DNA from: Octopus sinensis
Lineage: Eukaryota
Direction of reading: 5' to 3'
Length of the DNA stretch: 64,000 bases
Assembly: GCF_006345805.1 (NCBI RefSeq)
Contig: NC_042999.1
Span: 15,004,001 to 15,068,000, forward strand
Below are positions 24,159 to 36,131 of this stretch, piece by piece; the first letter of the stretch is position 1; each line of letters starts with the position of its first letter. Below the pieces are notes generated by a model, which made no database searches, was not told the origin of the DNA, and worked only from the letters and a program-made list of their open reading frames with translations. The translations under genes were made by a program, and so were the position numbers.

Positions 24159-24369
24159 TTTTTGTCTATTTTCTATCCCCAAAAGATTTTCAGCCCAATA
24201 TTTATCATTCTATTCTTTAAAGTTGTCTGTGACGTATTTCGAAAATCATGGATCTTTGTGGTTTTCGTCACTGTTTACAATTCTGTTCCAATTGTTTTCA
24301 AATTTGGTACATGGATTAAGTTTTGTATCCTAATTATGAAAATGAAATTCATTTTCCTTATAAATCCAT

Positions 24370-24598
24370 AATCAAAAAGTTATTAGCCGCGATCGCAGGT
24401 CGCACCCGGGCGTCGGGCCAAAAAGCAGCGTTCGGCAGCCGTCGGCGCCCGCTTGGCCGGTCCAGGGCGGCGCACCCGCGCTCGCGACGATACAGTTGGC
24501 CTTCTGCATTGGTCGCGGCGCAAATATTAGACTGAGACCGATGCGTACGGGCCGTCGCAGCAGCCATCGCGCTCCGCGCACGGCGGCTTCACGCTTTT
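24370..24598. promoter_or_regulatory. GC/CpG-rich island-like segment
   Basis: Dense CpG (gccgcgatcgcaggtcgcacccgggcgtcggg...) in an AT-rich background; ATTGG near 24509. Confidence 0.35.
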
Positions 24599-24599
24599 A

Positions 24600-24761
24600 T
24601 AGGTGCAGGAGTGGCTGTGTGGTAAGTAGCTTGCTTACCAACCACATGGTTCAGGGTTCGTTCCTACTGTGTGGCACCTTGGGCAAATGTCTTCTACTAT
24701 AGCCTCGGGCCGACCTTGTGAGTGGATTTGGTAGACAGAAACTAAAAGAAACCAGTCGTAT

Positions 24762-24812
<51 letters not shown>

Positions 24813-25028
24813 TTATGTTTGTGTGTCTGTGTTTGTCACCTCAACATCGCTTGAAACCGATGCTGGTGTGTTTACGTCCCCGTAACTTAGCGGTTCAGAA
24901 GAACAGCCCGATAGAATAAGTACTAGGCTTACAAAGAATAAGTCCTGGGGTTGATTTGCTCGACTAAAGGCGGTGCTCCAGCATGGTCGCAGTCAAATGA
25001 CTGAAACAAGTAAAAGAGCAAAAGAGAG
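24600..25028 (+). mobile_element. SINE-A inserted into the GC-rich segment
   Basis: Full-length consensus match. Confidence 0.9.
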
Positions 25029-25084
25029 CCTTTAAAATGTGCAAAATTTCGGGTATTTTAGCCAATGAGAAGAGTATTTTTCAC

Positions 25085-25117
25085 GTTGCCGTGGCGAAGA
25101 ACTGTTTCCATAGTAAC
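25085..25117. promoter_or_regulatory. Paired RFX X-box-like motifs
   Basis: GTTTCCATAGTAAC (25104-17) fits GTHNYY-AT-RRNAAC; GTTGCCGTGGCGAA (25085-98) is a near match; CCAAT about 20 bp upstream. Confidence 0.4.
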
Positions 25118-25386
25118 CAAAGATGCTACACATGCATACATGTAGTGTAACCACTGAACTGAGCGTAATCAACAAATTGAGAGTACCTCAGCATCTTTAA
25201 AGCGTGGAAACAAATGCCGGTGTGGGCACACCGTTCCATGGTTCAGTTTTATCATTGTGAATTTATGTGGAGAAGGAGATATGACAAAGATAATTTATTC
25301 TACAAAATCATAGAGTGTATTGCAAACTTTCGTTCTTGAAATTTTTAAACTAATAAATGTCTGTTATAAGCAATATTTCGACTGCT

Positions 25387-26016
25387 ATTTCTAGCAACTC
25401 CTGTTGGTTTGTTCGTAGCTTTTAAATATTTAATTTGCTTGCGAATATTTTTCACTGTTTACTTTGCTCGTGTATATTTTAATGTTTTGACCGTCATTTC
25501 TAGCATCTCCTGTTGGTTTGTTCGTGGCTTTTAAATATTTAATTTGCTAGCGAATATTTTTCACTGTTTACTTTGTTCGTGTATATTTTAATGTTTTGAC
25601 CGTCATTTCTAGCAACTCCTGTTGGTTTGTTCGTAGCTTTTAAATATTTAATTTACTTGCGAATGTTTTTCTCTGCTTTCACTGTTTACTTTGCTCGTGT
25701 ATATTTTAATGTTTTGACCGTCATTTCTAGCAACTCCTGTTGGTTTGTTCGTAGCTTTTAATATTTAATTTACTTGCGAATGTTTTTCTCTGCTTTCACT
25801 GTTTACTTTGCTCGTGTATATTTTAATGTTTTGACCGTCATTTCTAGCAACTCCTGTTGGTTTGTTCGTAGCTTTTAAATATTTAATTTACTTGCGAATG
25901 TTTTTCTCTGCTTTCACTGTTTACTTTGCTCGTGTATATTTTAATGTTTTGACCGTCATTTCTAGCAACTCCTGTTGGTTTGTTCGTAGCTTTTAAATAT
26001 TTAATTTGTTCGCGAA
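25387..26016. repeat. Minisatellite: 5 full units (109, 109, 118, 117, 118 bp) plus a partial unit
   Basis: atttctagcaactcctgttggtttgttcg starts at 25387, 25496, 25605, 25723, 25840 and 25958. Confidence 0.9.
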
Positions 26017-26245
26017 TGCTTTCGTGTTTTATAGTTTACGATAGCTAGTTTAATGTTTTGACATGCCGATGCCCCCACCTTCAACCTGCTGATGGAAAAG
26101 GCAGCGAACGCGCTGTTTTCTGATTGGCTGAAAATCTTAAAAATGATCAAACTTTGAACACCTGTAACATTTTCGCAAAAAATTTTCCAGGAATAAATGA
26201 ATAACAAATTCGGATTCAGCGTCAAAACTTACATACTCTTTTTTT

Positions 26246-26648
26246 TCTTTTTACTTGTTTCAGTCATTTGACTGCGGCCATGCTGGAGCACCGCCTTTAC
26301 TCGAGCAACTCGACCCCGGGACTTATTCTTTGTAAGCCCAGTACTTATTCTATCGGTCTTTTTTGCCGAACCGCTAAGTAACGGGGACATAAACACACCA
26401 GCATCTGTTGTCAAGCAATGCTAGGGGGACAAACACAGACACACAAACACACACACACATATATATATATATATACATTCTACGACGGGCTTCTTTCAGT
26501 TTCCGTCTACCAAATCCACTCACAAGGCTCTGGTCGGCCCGAGGCTATAGTAGAAGACACTTGCCCAAGATTCCACGCAGTGGGACTGAACCCGGAACCA
26601 TGTGGTTGGTAAGCAAGCTACTTACCACACAGCCACTCCTGCGCCTAT
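26246..26648 (-). mobile_element. SINE-A
   Basis: Full-length consensus match. Confidence 0.9.
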
Positions 26649-27119
26649 GTATATGATACATTAAAGATCTTTTTTAAAGATAATTGTAAAGAGTGACGAA
26701 AACCAGAAAGGTCCAGAATCATTATTCCAAGAGAAACCATCCTTTTAAGGATCACTTCTTAAGTATCTGTCGCAACGGTATCCGATTATTCCCCCGCCCC
26801 CACCCAAAAAGTATTTCACATTCTCTGGAAAGTTTATAAATTTCTTATGACGACAACAACATACAATTCTCGTTGTTAAGAATAAAGTCTCCAAAACGAA
26901 GAGATAAATCAGTCCAGTGGTAGAACTCCTGTCGTGCCTCTGGGAGATGTGGGTTCCAGTCCCATAGAAAGCTTTCGACTCATTTTTTTTTTATTCAAAA
27001 GGGTTTCTGAACCCAATATTTATTCTTTCTGGCTAAATTTTATTGTGCTTCGAGAAAAGAAAATTGACGCTTTCTTGAAAGTTTATAAAATTCTTATGGC
27101 TTTAACTATACAGGTACAT

Positions 27120-27695
27120 GTGTGTATGTGTGTGTGTGTGTGTGTGTGTGTTGTGTGTGTGTGTGTATAGACACACATACATACATTTATATGTATATAT
27201 ATTCATATAGGTATGTGTATATATGTATATGAATCTATTAAATTTATATTGCAGCGTGGAAAATGTTTGTAAGCCCTTCAAGAACACACACGTATACATA
27301 CATACATACATACACACATACATACATACATACATACATACATACATACCTACATACATACGTACATACATACATACATACCTACATACATACATACATA
27401 CATACATACATACATACATACATACATACATACATACCTACATACATACGTACATACATACATACATACCTACATACATACATACATACATACATACATA
27501 CATACATACATACCTACATACATACGTACATACATACATACATACATACATACATACATACATACATACATACATACATACATACATACATACGTACATA
27601 CATACATACATACATACATACATACATACATACATACATACATACATACATGCATGCGTACATACGTGTGTATATGTATGTAAGTATATATATAT

Positions 27696-27771
<76 letters not shown>

Positions 27772-29521
27772 AGAGAGGAGAGAGAGACAGGCAGAGACAG
27801 ATAGATTGATAGACAGACAGATAGATAGAGGGACAGTGAGAGAGAGAGAGAGGGGGAGGGCAACAAAAGAAAAATGAAAGAAAGAAAGAAAGAGGTAATG
27901 AACGAACGAACGAGCAAACGAGGAGAATATAAAGAAAAATATGTAGTGAAAGACAAAATATGTATAAAGGGTGTACTTGGACGAATTGCTCGTCACAAAT
28001 GAATGCTTTTTAGCTGTGCTTAATAAAGCTGAAATAAATACCTGCTCTCTGTGTGTATGGAGGGGGGTGGAGAGAAAGAGAGAGGAAGAAAGCGAGAGAG
28101 AGAGTGACACCTTTAGATAGAAAGATACATAGGTACATAGGAAGAGTTGATGTGGGAAAGAAATATATTCACGTATAAATGCATACTTGTTGGATGATTG
28201 CGAAAAAATACCGACACATTCACACACACACACACAGACTAACATACACACATACGCGCGCGCACACACACATACACAGACTAACATACACACATACACG
28301 CACACACATACACGCACACAGACTAACATACACACATACGCGCACACACATACACGCACACAGACTAACATACACACATACGCGCACACACTCACACACA
28401 CACGCAGACTAACATACACACATACGCGCACACACACACAGACTAACATACACACATACGCACACACACATACACACACACAGAGACTAACATACACACA
28501 TACGCACGCACACATACACACACAGACTAACATACACACATACGCGCGCGCACACACACACACAGACAGAGACTAACATACACACATACGCGCACACACA
28601 TACACACACACAGACAGACTAACATACACACATATGCACGCACACACACACACATACGCGCACACACATACACACATACGCGCGCGCACACACACACATA
28701 CGCGCACACACATACACACAGACTAACATACACACATACGCGCAAACACACACACACACACACACATAGACTAACATACACACATACGCGCACACACATA
28801 CACACAGAGACTAACATACACACATACGCGCGCACACACACAGACTAACATACACACACAGAGACTAACATACACACATACGTGCACACAGATTAACATG
28901 CATACACACACTAACCCGTATGCAAATCGATATATATATATATACACTCGTAAGCATGTGGATACCTGACAAAAGATAATTATACATACGCTCACACTTA
29001 AGAAAGACTGACAGAAGCATAAAACATTTATGTTCTCATACATACATACATAACATACACACCCATTCACATGCCTGCACACGCACACACACACATTCAT
29101 TCATGTGCGCATACACACACAGTTATATCTATATACACACCTAGACGCACAGGTACCTAATACACACACAAACGCACCTGACACAGACAAACGTTTTAAA
29201 ATACCCGCATTCAATCTATATTTTACAATAGCCGCCGTTTGAAAAGAAATGAAAATAACACTATTATCATTAGAAACCCTCTTCGTTTTCTAAACTACTA
29301 CTGCTGCTACTACCACTACTACTACTAAAACTACTACTACTGCTGATACTACTACTACTACTACTACTACTACTACCACTACTACTAAAACTACTACAAC
29401 TACTACCACTACTGCTACTACTACTACCAAAACTACTACTACTACCACTACTACTAGAACTACTACTACTACTACTACAACTACTACTACTAAAACTACT
29501 AAAACTACTACTACTACTAAA

Positions 29522-29553
<32 letters not shown>

Positions 29554-29560
29554 CAATAAT
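27120..29560. repeat. Microsatellite/minisatellite cluster: (TG)n, (ATAC)n 27293-27655, (ATAG)n 27697-27770, cagactaacatacacacatacg-unit minisatellite about 28235-28880, (CTA)n 29293-29555
   Basis: Direct reading; accounts for all the long ORFs here. Confidence 0.95.
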
Positions 29561-30418
29561 AATAAAAGTGACAATAATGACAAATAATAAATAGTTGGCC
29601 TCATTCACTTTGGTCAAGCAGAAATTTAGCGTCGAACATTTTATTTTTTTTATACTTTAAACTTATTCAGTTCATCCAATAATAAAAAAGAAAAACGAAA
29701 AGAAAAAAAAACTTTTGTGATACAAAAAATAATAATAAAAAAAAACAGAAAAGAAAAGCACTAAAGAAAAAAAGAATAAAAAAACTAAAAAAACCAGATC
29801 TATTACCAAGTCGTCGTCGCCATCGTCGTCGTCGTCGTCAACATGCTAATGAAAGGTGTTTTTATTTTAAACTAAAGATTACCTCTATTATATATACGTA
29901 CAACTATATATATACACCTTTAATTTGAACAGGTTCTTGGTTTAAAGAGAAACTAGGAACATCGTAAATAGTGATTGGTTTTTGAGATTACAAGTGTAGT
30001 TTTCTTACACATATAAATTTATACACATACATATATATATATGTGTATATATTTATAGTGTTGTATGTTCATGTGTAGATATATATATAAGCATATATAA
30101 GGAAGACACACGAAAACGTAAGTTTGTTTTTAATTTTATTTACTTTTGTTTTTAATATTTATATTTTATTTTGTTAATTTTTCATTTGTTTTGTTCGGTG
30201 TTTGTTACATAATAACGTGTAGCAATAGATAAAATAAAATAAACGGTCAAGATCTCTTGGATCAGTAATACTTGAATTAATGTCATTAACAAGAAGAAGA
30301 AGAACGTGATAATCAAAAATAGAGAACAATAACGGAAACTAAAACAATTTAACTTCGTATCAATTCAAACATTTTTTATCTGACTTGGAAATTAGTTACG
30401 AAAACGATAAAAACAAAA

Positions 30419-30692
30419 ACTGTGGCTGCGTGGTAAGTAGCTTGCTTACCAACCACATGTTTCCGGGTTCAGTCCCACTGCGTGGCACTTTGGGCAAGTG
30501 TCTTCTACAATAATCTCGGGCCGACCAAAGCCTTGTGAGTGGATTTGGTAGACGGAAACTGAAAGAAGCCCATCGTATATATGTATATAGGGAGAGTTCA
30601 CGAAAAAAACAAAAGACGAAGACGGGTGCTGTACAAAACAAACAGATGTATTAGTATAACGCTCAGGAATAGAAAAAGTTTTACGTTACGAG

Positions 30693-30745
<53 letters not shown>

Positions 30746-30970
30746 GTGTGTGTATATGTTTATGTGTCTGTGTTTGTCCCCCCAACATCGCTTGACAACT
30801 GATAGTGGTGTGTTTACGTCCCTGTAATCTAGCGGTTCGGCCAAAAGACCGATAGAATAAGTACTAGGCTTACAAGGAATAAGTCCTGGTGGTCGATTTG
30901 CTCGACTAAAGGCGGTGCTCCAGCATGGCCACAGTCAAATGACTGAAACCAGTAAAAGAGTAAAAGAGTA
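30419..30970 (+). mobile_element. SINE-A carrying a ~108-bp insert (30590-30697) in its microsatellite
   Basis: The insert is the reverse complement of the family at 57585-57695. Confidence 0.8.
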
Positions 30971-31149
30971 ATTAATAAAATAATATTCAGCTATAAGAAC
31001 AAAGCCTTATAGTTGTTAAGTATGTTAAATCAACTGCAGTATTTCACTGGTGTTGTAATTCTACTGACCCCGGAAGGCTATAAAAGCAAAGTTGACCTCA
31101 GTGAGATCTGAACTCGGAACTAGCAATTATATTAGTGGGTTAGTGTGGG

Positions 31150-31724
31150 TGATTGCGTATATATATGTGTGGTGTGTGGTAAGAAGTTTGCTTCCCAGCC
31201 CCATGGTTTCAGGTTCAGTCCCACTGCATGGCACATTGGGCAAGTGATTTCTGCTATAGCTTTCGATCGACCAAAGCCTTTAGTGATTGAATTTTCTAGG
31301 TGGAAACTGAAAGAAGCCCGTCTCACACACAAACCTACACTATATATTCTCTTTTTTACACGTTTACTTGTTTCAGTCACCTTTTAGGTGAGCAAATCGA
31401 CCTCTAGTACTTAGTCTATCGGTCCCGTTTGCCGAACCGCTATGTTATGGGGACGTAAACACATTAGCATCGGTTGTCAAGTGATGTTGGGGGACAAACA
31501 CAGACATACATACATATGGATATATATATATGAATGTGTGTGCATATGTATACACATACATATATATATATACATACGATGGGCTTCTTTTAGTTTCCGT
31601 CTACCAAATCCACTCACAAGGCTTTGGTCGGCCTGAGTAGAAGACACTTGCCCAAGGTGCCACGCAGTGGGACTGAACCATGTGGTTGGTGAGCAAACTA
31701 CTTACCACAGAGCCACTCCTGCGC

Positions 31725-31727
<3 letters not shown>
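31150..31727. mobile_element. Adjacent inverted SINE-A copies (+ partial 31150-31325; - 31357-31727)
   Basis: Both match the SINE-A 5' half in opposite orientation. Confidence 0.75.
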
Positions 31728-31797
<70 letters not shown>

Positions 31798-31997
31798 ATA
31801 TATATAAGTAGTTGAATGAATTATCCTAGTATGGATAATTCGGTTAACCGATACCCGGGTAGCAAATTCACGTCAGAAAAACATGGTTGAAGCTACATAC
31901 CAAGGGCAGAGATCACGTGCTTTCGTGTGGAAATTTGTGTGTGTTTTTTTTAATACAAATAAATGAAAGAATGGAGTTGAACGACGATTTAACAAAA

Positions 31998-32096
31998 TTC
32001 CTTTATTCTCGACATATGTTTCGAAGACTGCATATTACTAATTTCGAAGGAATAAGGGGTGCATTATGCCGCCTTCTCATCAGGAAAGACAAGGAA
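31998..32096 (-). ncRNA. Type-I hammerhead ribozyme with intact core and GUC site
   Basis: Minus: ttccttgtctttc CTGATGA gaaggc...gtcttc GAAA C ATAT G TC gagaataaaggaa. Stem I tttc/gaga plus ttcctt/aaggaa; 6-bp stem II; palindromic ATAT loop; predicted cut between 32011 and 32010. Confidence 0.85.
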
Positions 32097-33291
32097 CTTA
32101 TGTCAGCATCATGATGAACAAAAACTTTTAGATGACTGTCCACACGGAGTCCATATATGTATATGTATGTATGAATATATGCACATATATAATACATACA
32201 TGTAAATAGATAGATAGATTACAGGGATCTTAATAGAACTACTGTGGATAACTCGGATCTGCCCTCCAAAATTTCAAAGCCGACCGAAGTGGGTCCGAGA
32301 TTTTCGTTTCCTTATCTCGTTTATGTGATGGTGAATTTCGCAAAATAATCGACTTTCCCTGGCGATCGATTGGAGGTGAAAAAAATCAAAGCTAACTAGA
32401 CGTATAAGTTTATTGATTTTTGTCAATCACACACTCCTCTACAGCCGGCTTCTTTTAAAATCGAAAAACCGCGAAGCTCCTGTGACATTCGGAAACGGTT
32501 TTTTCACTCTCAGAATTGTCGTAGCCCGAAACAAACTACCCACATCAGTTATTAATCGTTAAGACACTGCATCCGTCAAAAACACCATGTTTCCCGAAAT
32601 TTCCTAACATCACTGATGTTATCTATGAAGCCTTTCTTTTTTTATGGCTCTGCTAAGGTCCTCTATTCTGTTTTCGTGTGTTTTATTCTATAAACAGTGC
32701 ATGTACTGTGTGCTACTTTCTTTACTTGACTTATTACCATTTTCTCTTCCCTCTTTTATTCTTTTCCGACAAGACGCAGTGCACCGAATCACTTTTTACT
32801 CTAAGTTCAACATTTAAGCTGGCAGAACCGTTAACATACCGAACAAAATGCTTAGCAGCATTTCATCCGTCTTTACGTTACGTTCCAAGTTCAAATTCCG
32901 TCGAGGTCGACTCTGCTTTCGGGGTTGATAAAATCAGTATCACTTGAAGACTGGGGTCGATGTAATCGATTAGCACTTTCCCCCAAAATTGCAGACCTTG
33001 TGCCTGTAGTTGAAAGGATTGTTATCAATTGTTTTACAAACCTGTATCAACGAAAAATACATCGTAGACTACCATGTGCTTTAGTATAGTCATATTCGTG
33101 GTCATACACACACACATGCATACGATATTGATGTGTATATTTATTATCACATAATCAACTGTAAATATGTACGCTCACATCAGCCGGAACATTTTAATCA
33201 ATGCATAATCATCAAAGTTTTGATTCTCGCTGTTTTGTGTACTCACTACAATTTAATACAAACACACAAAATATAAAGTATATTGTATACT

Positions 33292-33833
33292 CTTTTACTT
33301 GTTTCAGTCATTTGACTGCGGTCATGTTGGAGCACCGCCTTTAGTCGAGCAAATTGACCCCAGGACTTATTCTTTGTGAGCCTAGTACTTATTTTATCAG
33401 TCTCTTTTTCCGAATCGCTAAGTTATGGGGACGTAAAGACACCAGCATCGGTTATCAAGCGATGTTGGGGGGACAAAACACAGATACACACACACATATA
33501 TACATATATACGATGAGCTTCTTTCAGTTTCCGTCTACCAAATCCACTCACAAGGCTTTGGTCGGCCCGAGGCTATAGTAGAAGACATTTGCCCAAGGTG
33601 CCACGCAGTGGAACTGAACCCAGAACCATGTGGTTGGGGGGACAAAACACAGATACACACACACATATATACGATGGGCGTCTTTCAGTTTCCGTCTACC
33701 AAATCCACTCACAAGGCTTTGGTCGGCCCGAGGCTATAGTAGAAGACATTTGCCCAAGGTGCCACGCAGTGGAACTGAACCCAGAACCATGTGGTTGGTA
33801 AGCAAGCTACTTACCACACAGCCACTCCTGCGC
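33292..33833 (-). mobile_element. SINE-A with an internal ~165-bp tandem duplication
   Basis: 33468-33637 is repeated from 33638; junction at gttgg|gggac microhomology. Confidence 0.85.
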
Positions 33834-34169
33834 CCTCTCTATCAATCCCTCTCTTTCTCTCTCTGCCCATCCATCCACCCAATATCTACCTACCTACCTC
33901 AGTGTCGTCCCATCTTTAAGTATGAATCTTTCTCTCCCACGCAAAAGTTACGCCCTTTTCTTCTGCTCTTCTTAGGTGTTGATCTTTCTGTAATCTTTAT
34001 TCGATGCAATATTTGGAAGCATTTTCTTTTCGTTTTCAGATGTTACATAATTCAGTCTTAACAAATGATAAGAGAAGTGTTTGTTTAAGCTTTCCCTCTG
34101 TCATTCACATATAGCGTTTATGTACCAAGGCGAGATCTACTTTGATGGAAGTAACATCAGCTTCGTGTA

Positions 34170-34550
34170 CTACAGCTTTCTACCTATCAATCCGCTCAGT
34201 CGAAGTCGACTCTCGGTTACTCGATGGATCAGTGTCCTCCAGTCAGTTCTATCCTGGGCCGCTTCTTTCAGATTGGCTATGTCCATTCCGGTATCACTCT
34301 TGATGGTATCAAGCCAGCGGGTTCTTGGTAGGCCTCTTCCTCTCTTGCCACTGACCATTCCGAGCATGATGTCCTTCTCCAGGGATTTTCTCCGCATAAT
34401 ATGACCAAAATATGCCAATCTATGCTTGGTGATCCTAGCTTCGAGCGACATTTTCGGCCTGATCTGCTTAAGAACTTCTCCATTGGTGAGCCTCGCTGTC
34501 CATGGAATCCGTAAAAGTCTTCTCCAACACCAAAGCTCGAATGCAATATA
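34170..34550 (-). mobile_element. RTE-clade LINE 3' fragment
   Basis: RLAYFGHIMRRKSLEKDIMLGMVSGKRGRGLPRTRWLDTIK...AQDRTDWRTLIHRVTESRLRL; upstream LRIPWT.RLTN.EVL. Confidence 0.9.
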
Positions 34551-35080
34551 GCAATATATTTACACGATATATTTAGCAGTCGTGTGTTATGGATTCCCCA
34601 TTAGTAGCTTGGCTTAGTTCTGTTACAGGATGCTTGGAATATGTTCGTATTGGTTGTGCAAGTCTAACTTGATTTAAAATTTGTTTGCAGAATAAATCTA
34701 CTGATTTATGGTTAGACTTTTAGAAGGCGTGGTAGATATTTTTATTGCATATACGCTATACACGCTGTTGTGTGTTCATGTTTAGGAATGTGTATGAGTC
34801 TATGAGAACAGAAAGGTAGATATGTATGTGATGTGTGCTTATACACACATACATATAATACACACACACATGTATACATAATACATACATACATATATAC
34901 ACACATCTATCTATCTACGTATGGTCGGCCATATATAACAATATATATACATCTCTCTCTCTCTCTCTTACGATGTATGTATGCATGTGTAGATGTACAC
35001 ACACTGCACATTTAAGAGTATGTCTATAAGAGTGCGAGAACACGTGCATCACGTGTGTTTGCGCGCGTGTATATATATAT

Positions 35081-35871
35081 ATAATCAAAATAAGCAACAA
35101 CAATAACTTTGGTAATTTGGTACGATCGTTTCGCAATACATCATTTTATTAAATGTTGTAAGCATTACAACAGTTTTAAAATGCTGAGCACTCATCAGCC
35201 ATTAATAGCGGTTTTCCATTAATACATAATTTTCATATCAAGTGATAAGCTGATAGGGAAATTTTGAATTAACAAAACATTAAGGGAACTGCAGAAATTA
35301 TAGAGTGATCAAGGGGTGACTTGTGGTTCTCTAACTGGGCGTGCAAGTGCAGGTTTATTTCTTTTAAGTTCATTTGGATTTCATATGATTTATTTTTCTA
35401 TTTAGTATGAGGAATTAATGCTGTGTTAGTTGACTATGGTTGTATTTGAGTTTCTGTGCAGCTGTCGTTTGAATCTATGTATGTGTATGTATGGATTTTT
35501 TCATGTACCTTCCAGGCATTCAGTTCCCAAGGATTCCCAGACGAATCTCTAGGTGAGACATGGAAAGTTTTACAGATTTTTACAGTTCCAGCGATGGATT
35601 GGATCTGTAGCCTTCGAATTAGCTTTCTCCTTTCTGGTTTTGAGAAGCCAAATTTCTCAAGATTGTTATTTAGGCAGTGTGTTACATATCTCAGGACTCC
35701 AATAATTACAAGTATGAACCTAAACTTGTAATCTGGATAGAGTAACTGCAGATTTCTCAATAGTTCAGCAGAGGTATTCTCTTTTATGTTAACATCCACT
35801 GGGCAGCTAATGTCCACATCTGTACACAGTTTCTCTTCTCTATCCCAAATCATTATATCAGGCCTGTTGTG
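35081..35871 (-). mobile_element. Composite: R4/Dong-type restriction-like endonuclease C-terminus, ~360-bp spacer, then a hammerhead 3' module; bounded by microsatellites
   Basis: 35871-35563: HNRPDIMIWDREEKLCTDVDISCPVDVNI...LRNLQLLYP...IIG...LQIQSIAGTVKICKTF (RPD..D...D..P, PD-(D/E)xK RLE). HHR at 35118-35201. (TA)n on the left; (CATA)n/(CA)n on the right. Confidence 0.75.
35118..35201 (-). ncRNA. Type-I hammerhead ribozyme, core intact, stem II base partly decayed
   Basis: Minus: tgg CTGATGA gtgc...ttgc GAAA C GATC G TA cca; palindromic GATC loop; stem I tgg/cca. Confidence 0.8.
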
Positions 35872-35893
35872 CTTGTATGTATGTATGTATGTA

Positions 35894-35950
<57 letters not shown>

Positions 35951-36131
35951 ATGTATGTATGCATGCATGATGTATGTTTTATATATATATATATATAATC
36001 AATGGAGAAAATTTACATTTACTGAATAACTATATCGTTTCTCTAATAAGGTATTTAAGAGTAAATAAGAATGGATGAATAATGATAATTATTTCTTTAT
36101 TGCCTACAGGGGGCTAAAAGGATAGAAAGAC

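Noticed and set aside
25214-25340. Short ORF MPVWAHRSMVQFY... after the X-boxes
   Set aside because: It is about 41 codons with no recognised homology and no convincing donor site.
25387-26016. Regular repeats as a possible CRISPR array (also 42405-42992 and 45829-46170)
   Set aside because: The units repeat in full with no unique spacers, the context is eukaryotic and there are no cas genes.
27102-29617. Long ORFs of 100-349 aa
   Set aside because: They are translations of (ATAC)n, (CA)n, (ATAG)n and (CTA)n repeats with no protein features.
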